Shown here piece by piece: positions 43,317-54,894 of a DNA stretch of 64,000 nucleotides; the first letter of the stretch is position 1; each line of letters begins with the position of its first letter. Under the pieces are notes generated by a model. It searched no databases and was not told the origin of the DNA. It saw nothing but the letters and a program-made list of their open reading frames with translations. The translations under genes and the position numbers were made by a program. The stretch comes from Amoeboaphelidium occidentale (lineage: Eukaryota), in NCBI GenBank assembly GCA_023515795.1, contig JALGPX010000050.1, positions 1 to 64,000 on the forward strand. The letters run 5' to 3'.

Positions 43317-46300
43317 ATGATCTCCATAAAGGCAATGTTGCTTTACTTTGTGGTTTCTTGCATACCACTTCTTGTCAGTTTACTTGAACATGAAAAGAGC
43401 TTCTTGATACAAGATGATGTAACAAATGGAATATCTATTGCTTTGTTCAAAGATTCGGTGCTGATAACATCTTCGAGCGATCTGGTCCAGAAAGACATTG
43501 AAACCGGTGCTATACAAAGAACGTTAAGAGCTCACACCAATGCGATCTATACTTTGACTGTTGTTGAAGATTCTCAATTGATCACTGCAGGATGGGATGA
43601 TATGATCGTGGTTTGGGATTTGGATTCAGGTGCGGTGCTACGAAGGATAAGACTTGGCTCCACAGAAACTTTCATCAAGAGCATTTCTTATGAAAATGGT
43701 CAGATATATGCTGGGGGAGCTGACCAATTTGTGAGGCGTATCAATTTGGTTTCTGGTATGGTAGTAAAATCGTGGTTTTATGAATGGTTTATCAGCTCTG
43801 TGGTGGTCAAAGATGGTTTCCTCTATGTTGGGATCCAAAGAGAAGTATCTCAAATTGAGAAAATCAGTGTCTCTACATCCGATGTAGTTTTGAGATTCGA
43901 GGGGCACACCACAGGTGTTTATTCTCTATATTATTATGAGAACTTGCTCTTCTCTGGTCCTGATAAAGATAGAATAATCGCATGGAACCCAGAAACAGGG
44001 AGTATTGTTCAAACTTTTTCTGGGCCCGCAGAAAGAATACTAGCTTTGGTGGTCCACGAAAAGGTTCTATACTCGGCCGGAGTCGATAACATTATCAAAT
44101 GGAATATTGATGATGGTCAATTGATCAAAATATTTCCAGCTCTTCATACAGATGTCATTAGAAGTCTGGGCTATAAAAACGGGACTTTGTTTTCTGGGTC
44201 AGATGATAACCTAGTGATAATGTGGAATGCGACAGACGCAACATCTATTTTCACATATGAGGGAAGAAAAAAGATCCTTTATGCCGCGGTTCTTTGGAAA
44301 TCTTTTCTAATAAGTGGCGGAGAAGATGGGATAATCAGATCTTGGGATGTTACTGTTAATAGTCTTGATCCATTGTTATCGGTGAATGAGCATTTCAGAG
44401 CTATTAATTGCATGGTCTTGTCGGGAGATTCACTCTTCTCGGGCGGATTTGATGCAACTATTAGACATTGGAATCTCACTAAGTTTACTTTTTTAAACGT
44501 TCTGAACGGTAAGTTGCTAGAATTGGTATTTTACTGTAGGTCACACGAGAAAAATTCTTGCATTAATAGCGGACTCTACATACTTGTATTCTGGGGGCGA
44601 TGATTTACGTATTAAACGATGGGAAGTGTCTACTGGTGTCGTTATTGCAGAGTTTATTGAGCACACTGACAAGATCTCTTCATTGCAGCTAAGCGATACT
44701 ATTTTGTTTTCGGCTTCGTATGATCCATCGATCAAGTTTTGGAATTTAGAAACAAGGGACAGCATCCGTACACTCAACTGTAAGATAATTCGTTGAAGCT
44801 AATTTCTTTTAGTTCCTAATGATGTTTTTGCTCTTCATCTTGCTGGAGAAACTTTGTTCAGTGGGTCGATGCTAGGAGTACACGCGTTTTCAACGATCAC
44901 CGGATTGACTCTTACCTTCCAATTAGGTGATTGTTATTGATGCAGTCTTATTTTTTTGTAGAAAACATCGGCTGCATANNNNNNNNNNNNNNNNNAAACT
45001 TTGTTCAGTGGGTCGATGCTAGGAGTACACGCGTTTTCAACGATAACCGGATTGACTCTTACCTTCCAATTAGGTGATTGTTATTGATGCAGTCTTATTT
45101 TTTTGTAGAAAACATCGGCTGCATATCAATTGCATCGTGGGATAATGGTGTAATAACTGGTCATCAAGACAGTTTGGTCAGAGCGCGAGATTTCAATTCT
45201 CTTGCTATTGTTGGCATATTCCAAGGTCACCAGGATTCAGTCAGATCTCTTACTTTCGATAGTACAGGGACACTTTATACTTCAAGTAGTGATGGCTCTG
45301 TAAAAAGGTGGAATATGGCTTCGAGGAAGGTTGCATTTTCCTTTGAGAACAGAAATAGTTCAGTCACAGTACTAACTGCAAGCGGAAATTATTTATATAT
45401 TGGTGTAAAAAGCGGAGTTGTCAATCGCTTTGACATCAGGAATGCAATTCTGGATCGCTCTTCTTCTTCACACAGTGGTTTTATTACTTCTTTCGTCCAT
45501 GTTAATGGCAGCCTTTATTCAGCAGGAAACGATGGAACTATTGTAAAATTGCCATCAAACCGAAAAGAAGAGCCTGTTGTAATTTTCTCCTCTTCACCTT
45601 TCCCTATTCGAAGTTTGACTTATTCCAAAGTCGAATTCGCTTTCATTCAAGGAGAAAATCAGATTTCATTCCTACCCTTTAATAGCGATGCAGACGTCTC
45701 GAGAACGATCATATCACCAACCCCAATTCTTTGTATAGCTGCTTACCAGTCTTTTGTGATATCTGGATCTAAATCTGGAATCATTTTTGTTTGGAATATG
45801 GATAAGCTCAAACTGGAATACGAGCTGAGAGGCCACACATCTCAGGTCAATATGGTTCTTATTGATCAGAGCTCCCTGTATTCTGCGTCGGATGATAAGA
45901 CAATTATTATTTGGTCTTTAGAGGAAAGATCAATCGTGAGAACATTGCAGCGATTATCCGCTAGCGCATTAGGTCATCTTGGCCCTGTCAATGCGATTTC
46001 TGTTTGCAACGGCTTACTATTCTCTGTTGGTTCAGATGTGGCTACTAGACGATGGAACATCCAGACGGGGAGACACGAAGGTGTGTATTTTGGCTTCTCA
46101 AAACCTGTTACTACTGTAATTTGCCACAACAGAACGGTAATTGCTGGTAGTGAAGATTTTTCCGTTTTGCTTTACAAACCAAATATTCCCGAGGAGAAAA
46201 TTCTTTCCACGTCCATAAAGACTCAGTGGCCAACTACAAATCGTGCAAGGAATACAAGAGTTGTGCGAAAAGCACAGACAATCACATCTGAAGCTTTATC

Positions 46301-47177
46301 TTCTTTAGTACCGATCTTTGGAGCGGCTGCAGGAGTTGTTGCTTTGCTTCTAATTGTCGTTGTGGTTTACTTGTTTGTTAAGGCAAAGTCTAAACAGTCC
46401 GCTTCTCCTAGAGATAGATCTACAGAAAACGAAGCGAATGAAACAACTACGGATCTCCAAACCGTTATCAACTCCGTTATGGGCATATCCCGCCATGCTG
46501 AGTATCTTTTACCCGTTAGTATAATCGCAAGAGTCAAGAAGCTTACAGCTGGTGGTGGCGGCGAAGTTTTTATTGCGAAAGTGATGGACCCTGTTTTATC
46601 AAAGAAATACGGAGACACTGTTATTCAGAAAGTAGTTTTCGTGAACCAAAAGTCCACGGAAGAGTCATTCTTTCAAGAGGTCGGTATAATGATTATGCTT
46701 TCATCATTTCCACACTTTTGTGAAATAATTGGATATACCGATAAACCTTTGTCGATGATACTTAAGTACTACCCTGATGGATCATTGACAGAGTGGTTGC
46801 AGAATAATTTTTACGGCGAAAAGATTGTGGTCAAATGCACGAAGGAGATTTCCAAAGCATTAAGTGTAATGCACTCTCATTACTTAGCGCATTGTGATAT
46901 TAAGACTCAGAATGTGTTGGTTAGAGTCGATAATGGTATTCCGTCCTGTTATCTAACTGATTTCGGCATTACTCAAGTGTTATCTGATAAAATTTTGGCA
47001 TCTGCAATGTTCCAAGTTGTTAACTTAAGGGGTCTATCTATACCATATGCTTCACCAGAGGCATTCATCAACTTTAGATCAAAAAATTACGCAAATATCA
47101 ACTTCAAGAAGTATGATATCTATTCCCTTGGTATGATTCTTTATGAAGTCATGGCCAAACGCATACCATGGAAGTGA
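43317..47177 (+). CDS. WD40-ectodomain receptor-like kinase 1 (4 exons)
   Basis: Signal peptide, GH...WD repeats, TM at about 46308-46380, kinase GGGGEV/VIQK/HCDIKTQN/DFG/YASPE. Introns 44509-44539, 44780-44812 and 44927-44961 (the last duplicated across the gap). Confidence 0.9.
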
Positions 47178-47261
47178 TTTTATAATAAATGCTATCTTGA
47201 GGAAATTCTCACACGTTGGTACCAGCTTTCAAGGGCAAACCGTTTGTCTCGTTGATCCAAC

Positions 47262-50200
47262 ATGAAACAACAACTTTTAGCGCTGGTTTTGCTTCTTACG
47301 TCAACACTTACTTTGATCTTAAGCTTGGAACATGAGAAAAGTTTCTTGCTTAAAGATGGTTCGACTTCTGTGTACTCCGTTGCTCTGTATCGAAACTCTT
47401 TGCTCCACACTTCAACTAGTGATATTGTCCAAAAGGATGTCGACACAGGGGCTTTTCAAAGAACATTCAGAGCCCACAAGGGTCGAGTTATGGATTTAAT
47501 TGTTACGAATAGTTCAACGATGTTCAGCGCTGGTATTGATGATACGATCGTAATGTGGGACTTGGAGACAGGTGCCATCATCAAGAGATTCCGCTTAGGA
47601 GCTTCAGGTACTTTGGTCCAAAGCATATCTTTGCAAGGTGATCACATATTTGCTGGCGGAATAGACTTCAAGTTCAGACAAGTGAATGTCATAACAGGAA
47701 TAGTTATGAGAACATTCGGTTAGTTTTTATGTCGTTTGCCCTTATACTTAAAGATGTTCGTAGCCGCATTGAAAAGGTTGTAGCAGACGGAGACTTTCTT
47801 TACATTGGAAAATCAGGAATTCCTCCCTTGGCTAAAGTGTCCATTCTGAATGGAAGGAATCAGTTGATATTCGACGAACATTCAGATGGAGTTTTTGATA
47901 TAAGGCTGTATAATGGTATGCTGTTTTCTGCATCTGATGATGCGTTTATCGTTTGCTGGAATGTTCTCAACGCTGCTATTATTGCAACGTATGTTGGGCA
48001 CACCGATGGTGTACGTGTGATAACAATTTGGAATGATGTGCTCTACTCTTCGTCTAAAGATCATACAATCATCAAGTGGGACATCTCTAGTACGGAGATC
48101 CTAAAGATATCTCCATATTTCACTTCATCTGGAGCACGCAGCTTCGCATTCAGCGATTCTTATTTAATCTCCGGAGGCACAGATGGAATTCTTCTTAAAT
48201 GGGATTTCAATCTCGGGTCACCTCTATTTTCATATTCCGGCTCTGACAAACGTTTAAGAAACGTTGTTTCGTGGAAGAATTATGTTATCAGTGGCGGCTT
48301 CACAAACGAAATCAAACAGTGGGACACATCACAAAATAGTCCAGATCCTTTTTTCATTTATGCTGGTAACGAAGAATCTGTAAATTGCCTCTACATTTTC
48401 GAGGATGCTCTTTTCTCAGGAGGGCTTGACACTTTAGTTTTATTGTGGAACTTGACGAGTATGATTAAGTCTGGTGTGCTTCGTGGTAAAATTCGAGTCT
48501 ATTCGCTTATTTTTGAAAGGACATACAGAAGGTGTTTTAGCTATCGTGGCTGACCAAAATTTTCTTCACTCAGTCGGAGATAATCGAAACATCAAACAGT
48601 GGATTTGGAAAACAGGAACCTTCAACGGCGAGCTACTCACTGGCACAGACTCAATTCAATACTTGCAGCTGAGCAATGAAGGCCTATTTTCTGGATCCGA
48701 ACAGTATGTGCTGTACAAATGGGATGTAACATCCAAAACTGGAATTCAAGTATTTGTTTGTAAGTATTTGCTCATATTCTAACTTTAGCTTTAAACCAAA
48801 TTTTCACCATCCGCATTTTCGAAAAATACATACTGATAGGATCGTTTGGTCTTGCTAAAATTTCTATTGAGAACGGAGAATCGATTGCAAGTCAAACAGG
48901 CAAGTTTTGTTCTATCTTTCTTATATTTAGAAAGCGTTATATGTTTGAGTTTAGTATCAAGCTATACTAGAATATTTTCTGGACATGATGACGGTCTGAT
49001 AAGAGGAAGGGATGTGCTTTCCTTGGGTGTTTTGGAGACATACCAGGGTCATGTTGATGCTGTTTTTTCATTGTCTATTGATGAGGCAGGCGCCTTGTAT
49101 TCTGCCAGCTTGGATGGATCGGTCAGGCGTTGGAGTTACATGACACGAAGAACAGCTTTCTCATTTGAAGATAGAAGTGGTTCGGTATCTTCTCTTACTG
49201 TCCTTGAAAATCATCTTTTTATTGGCACAAGGAGCGGGAGTTTAAACACTTTTGATTTGAGTGACACAACAATACAAGGATCCATGAAAATGCACAACGC
49301 CGCAGTCACTTCTTTGATTACAGATGATAGTAGAGTGTTTACATCTGGTCTGGATGGTGTGATTTTTAGTATGAGACAGGGCTTCAATGAAAACGCTAGC
49401 ATTATTCTGAACTACTCCCCTCTGTCTCTGAAAGGCCTCTTTAACCTCAAGAATGTTTTGTTTTTTATAAGTGACGATACAGAGATTTATTCTATTGGCA
49501 CCAACAGCTCAAATCCTGCGACCAAACGTGTAACATCAGGAATTCCTTTGAACTGTCTCTCTGGGTACAACGGCTTGATATTGGGTGGCTCAAAATCGGG
49601 CAGCATCTTTGCTTGGAGCTTGGATACTGCCGTACTAACATACGAACTGAGGGGTCACTCTTCTCAGGTGAATTCACTTGGAGTTTCAGGTGATTTATTG
49701 GTCTCTGCATCAGATGACCAAAGCATCATTATTTGGTCTTTAGTTGATATGGCTTCGGTAAATGTACTAAAAAGAGTATCCAGCGATTCTCTAGGTCACA
49801 TTGGTCCTGTAAATTCTATTTCATTGTGCAACGGTTATGTTTTCTCGGGAGGGAGTGATGCAACGACCAGGAGATGGAACATTCTTAGTGGCAAGCACGA
49901 AGATGTTTACTTTGGCGCCTCAAAATCGACAACGACTGTTTTATGTCACAATGAAACAGTATATACTGGTGGAGAAGATTCTGCAGTATTAATGTTCAGG
50001 CCAGTCTTTTCTAAAGAAAGTAATTATAAGTCGACTGGTACTTCAAGTCGAGATAGAAGGCTTGTTCAAACCAGATTAAGGCAAAGAATCTCATTTTCCG
50101 GAATGATAGATCTCCAAACTATCATCCCAATGATCGTTGGTTTTGCCATACTAGCAATGGTTATTTTAGGATGCACTATCTATATATTTCGTTACAGAAA

Positions 50201-50999
50201 TTCAAAAGCCAGACGAGATATCTCTCCAGGGCAAAAAACTTCATCCGAGGAAACAAGCCAGGCTGTTACTGACTTGCAAACAGTTGTAAACTCGGTCATT
50301 GGCATTTCAAAACATGCAGCATTTCTTGTAGAAAAGTGGGCAATTGCAAGAGATAAGAAAATTGCGGCCGGTGGTGGAGGGGAGTTGTATCTTGCAAAAA
50401 TCATGGATCCTGCGCTAAAAAGAAAGGCCAGAGAAGAAACTGTAATACAAAAAGTTGTGTTTTTGAAAAACAAGATTAACGAAGAGGCATTCTTCCAAGA
50501 AGTTGGGATCATGATTATGCTTTCTTCATTCCCGTGCTTTTGCAGCATAATAGCTTATACGGAAGATCCATTTTCAATGATTTTAAAATACTACCCCGAA
50601 GGAGCATTGCATGAATGGTTGAGATCCAACAAGTATAGCAAAAAAGTTGCTGTTGCAATTTTGTCAGATACTGCTTCTGCTCTGAAAATCATGCATTCAT
50701 ACTACTTGGCACATTGTGATCTAAAATCCAAGAATATCTTGGTTGAGTTAGTTAACGGACAACCGTCGTTTAGATTGACAGACTTTGGTATCACCCAAAT
50801 TCTATCTGAAAAGGTTATGGACTCGAGATCATTCAAAATAATCAATCTAAGAGGCTTGTCTGTGGACTACGCATCACCCGAAGCGTTTAGAAATTTCAGA
50901 ACCTCAAAGTATGTTCGTGTTGATTTCAAAATGTATGATATTTACTCCTACGGCTGTTTAGTGAAAGAAGTTCTAACAAAAACATCTCCGTGGGGCTAA
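47262..50999 (+). CDS. WD40-ectodomain receptor-like kinase 2 (5 exons)
   Basis: Same architecture. Introns 47719-47753, 48486-48519, 48760-48788 and 48900-48930 (GC-AG). HCDLKSKN and DFG. Confidence 0.9.
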
Positions 51000-51113
51000 A
51001 GACTATTCATGTTGTGAACAATAAACTTTAGTTGAGTTGAGAATCTGTTCGAACTCTCGCAAACATGTCGCAGAGTCTTTCCAGACGCTTTTTCGTTTCA
51101 CCTTCAAGTCACA

Positions 51114-54100
51114 ATGAAAAACAACAGAGCTTTTTTGGCTATTATCTTAACAGTCATTTTGACCCTATCTAAAGCAATTGTGCAAGAGAAGAGCTTCATC
51201 CTGAAGAATACCACACCAAGCGTCTTTTGCATAGCTTTGTACCAAAACTCCTTGCTACTGACCTCGTTCTATGATATTGTACAGAAGGACATTGAAACTG
51301 GTAAAACACAAAGGACCTTAAGGGGACATGAGAACATTATCTTTTCGTTTGTGGTGACTTCAGATTCCAAGTTGATCAGCTCAGCCATTGATGATTCTGT
51401 TGTTCTTTGGGACTTGCTCACAGGCTCAGTGTTGCAACGGATCAAGTTACAACAGAAGCAAACGATTATTTCAACCATCTCAGTTCAAGATGATCAAGTT
51501 TTTACAGGTGGTTTTGATAGCCTGGTAAGGCAGATCGATTTAACGGAAGGCAGAGTAGTTAAAACGTTTGGTACATTATCCATTATCATTAGCTGACTTT
51601 TCTAGCTTTCGGTGACATAATTACAAGCATCGTGGTCAAGGGGGACTTTATTTACGTTGCTACAGCGCAGCAAGGCAACTCAATACAAAAACGGCGCATT
51701 TCCACATCTGAAACTTCTCTTTTCTTCACTGGACACACAGATACCGTTAGTTGCCTGGTCTTACGAGAAGAAACGTTATTTTCCGGCTCAAATGATAAGA
51801 CTATAATCTTTTGGAATGTCGTCAACGGCCAGAGCATAAGGATTCTGGTTGGTCACGCTGGCAGCGTAACAGCATTGACTATCTTAGGCAAGGATTTGTA
51901 CTCTGGGTCGAATGATGGTATGGTCATCAAATGGGATATTGCAAGCGGCGATAAGTTGATCGATTTTCCGAGGCGCCACACGAACGTGGTTAAAAGTCTT
52001 GCATGTAACCAGAATAGTCTTTTCTCTGGATCGGACGATAAATCGGTAATACGATGGAACAAGTTAAATGGTTCTCCTGAATACTTTTACTTAAGTCAAG
52101 AAATTAGAATAAGGAGCATGTTTTTGTGGAAAAATTTCATAATTGGTGGAAGAGACGATTCTGATATTCAACTTGTTGATGCTTCTATTCTCAAGTTGGA
52201 ACCAATAGCATTGATGAAAGGCCATATTTCTAGCGTACTGAGTCTTGTCCCGTATGAGAATGAACTCTTCTCTGGAAGCTTGGATACTACAATCAAACTA
52301 TGGAGCTTGACGACTTTGACAGTTCAGACTGAATTAAGAGGCAATCTTTCGTTTTCGGCTCATAATTTTAGGACACACTGGTGCTGTAAGAACACTTTCG
52401 GTTGATAATTTGTACTTATTCTCCGGCGGGGACGATCTTATTGTCAGACAATGGACAAAATCCACATGGTTCATTACGGAGTTCATAGGGCATGTCGGTC
52501 AGGTTAACAATTTACAACTTGAAAATATCAATCTTTTCTCTGGATCTCAAGATAAAGATGTAAGAGTATGGGATACAAGATCAGGATTTAATTTCCAAAC
52601 AGTTACTGGTAAATAATTTTCTTAGAAAGACTTACTTCAAGCAACAAATATTGTCAATGTCATACACTTACTTCAGAATTCGTTCATTGTAGGAACCAAC
52701 ATTGGGCTGCAATCATTTTCCAAGACAAATGGCGAGAGCTTAATTGTCTACGCTGGTAAATCCCTCTTTTTTTAACGCTGACCTTTAGAATTGACTTCCT
52801 GTACCTCATTGGCTGCAACAGACCTGGTCCTTTTTAGTGGTCATGATAATAATTTGATCTACACCAGAGAATTCAATCTGCTGTTTGCTTTGACGACGTA
52901 CTTGAGCCATAATGATGTGATCACATCTCTCCACATGGATTCTACAGGAGTGCTATATTCTGCAAGTCTAGACGGGCAGATCCTCAAATGGGATACCAAA
53001 TTAAGAAAAGTAGCTTTTTCATTTGAAGACAGAAGTAGGGCTGTTACTTCCTTGGCTGCAGTCCAAAATTACCTTGTAGTCGGTCTTCAGAGTGGATATA
53101 TCAACATTTTTAACATCGAAGACACTATCCTTATCGATACTGTTTGGCTTCACAACAAATCAGTTGACTCTCTTGCAGCAGTTGGCGATCAAGTGTTTTC
53201 GTGCAGTTCGGATGGAAATTTGAAGTCTTTCAATCCTTTTGAGAGGTTTAACCAAGAAGTTGTTTCTGATCATGGAAAAATCCCCATTCGAGGACTAATA
53301 CAGCATGATAATAACTTGCTTTACATCAAAGGAGACTATGATATTATTATATCCTCCTCAAATGCTTCCTCTCATGTTCTTAGAACCATAAGTTCTTCTT
53401 ACCCTGTTTTTTGCATCACTTCAACGACGGACAAGCTTTTTGCAGCATCTCTCTCGGGAGAAATATTCGCTTGGGATCTCAAATCTGGACGCTTTGAATT
53501 CAGCTTAGTCGGCCATCTTGCAGTAGTAAACTCCTTGCTGGTGGCGGATGGATCGTTGTTTTCAGCATCGGACGATAAGTCAATAATTCAATGGTCGCTG
53601 GAGAGACGCGATATTGTGAGAACATACAAAAGGTATTCGGCCGCTGCACTGGGTCATACTGGCCCTGTTAATGCGATTACTTTTTGCTCTGGACTTTTAC
53701 TATCTGTCGGAAAAGATGACACGCTTAGAGTTTGGAACATTGACACTGGAAACCAAGTGGATCAATTTCGATACTTTAAGTCTGCTACAGCTGTTATTTG
53801 TCATAACAATATTTCATACGCAGGTAGTGAGGATTTCTCCGTATTAATGTTTGATTTGGAGAAAATCAATGTGCAAAGTGGACCAGAAACGTCCAGAATT
53901 AAAACAATAAGTACCAAAAAGAGGAAACGGTCCAAAAATGTTCGAGCAACCAGGGAAAGCGAAGACTTATCTCAACGCTGGATCGTTCTGATTATTGCTA
54001 GCTCGTCAGTATTAGTAATACTCATTACTGGTTTTGTTTTCTACGTATGGAGGTCCAAAATAGCATCCAAGTCCGCCTCGCCTACTGTTAGCAGTACAGC

Positions 54101-54848
54101 AGATTCAACTTTTACAGAAATGGATCTTCAAACTGTCGTTAATTCTGTAATGGGTATTTCAAAACACGCGGAGTATATTATTGACAATTCAGTGGTTGCA
54201 AAAGTAAAGAAGATTGCAACTGGCGGAGGCGGAGATCTTTTTCTGTGCAAAGTTATGGATCCGCGTCTTGTTAAGACAACTGGTGACTTTGTGGTTCAAA
54301 AGTTGGTGTTTGTTAACAACAAGTTAAAGGAAGAGGCTTTTTATCAGGAGGTTGGAATTATGGTTATGCTTTCGTCATTCCCACACTTTTGCAAAATTCT
54401 TGGCTACACTGAGAAACCGTTATCGATTATTATGCGCTATTACTTAGAAGGATCTCTATTCGATTGGATCAGAAACAGAAGCCTTAGCAGGTCAATCGCA
54501 ATTCAAATTCTACTGGAAGTGTCTAGAGCATTGAAAGTAATGCATTCTAATTATCTGGCTCATTGTGATTTAAAGTCCCAAAATATTCTTGTTGAGATCG
54601 TGAATGGCATTCCAGCTTTCCGTTTGACGGATTTCGGCATCACAGAAATCCTTTCGGATAGAATAATCGCATCGAAGGCTTTTCGTGTTGTCAATTTGCG
54701 TGGTCTATCAATTCTATATTCTTCACCAGAAGCCTTCGTTTGTTACAAAACGAAACATTACGTAGGTGTTGATTTTAAGAAGTTTGATGTCTACTCTCTT
54801 GCATGCCTGTCGTATGAGGTTCTGACACAAAAATCGCCATGGAACTGA
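51114..54848 (+). CDS. WD40-ectodomain receptor-like kinase 3 (5 exons)
   Basis: Same architecture. Introns 51571-51605, 52341-52371 (GC-AG), 52609-52641 and 52756-52788. HCDLKSQN and DFG. Confidence 0.9.
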
Positions 54849-54894
54849 ATTAATAAAACACTACTAAAACGCATTGTCAATGCCTTCAATTAAT

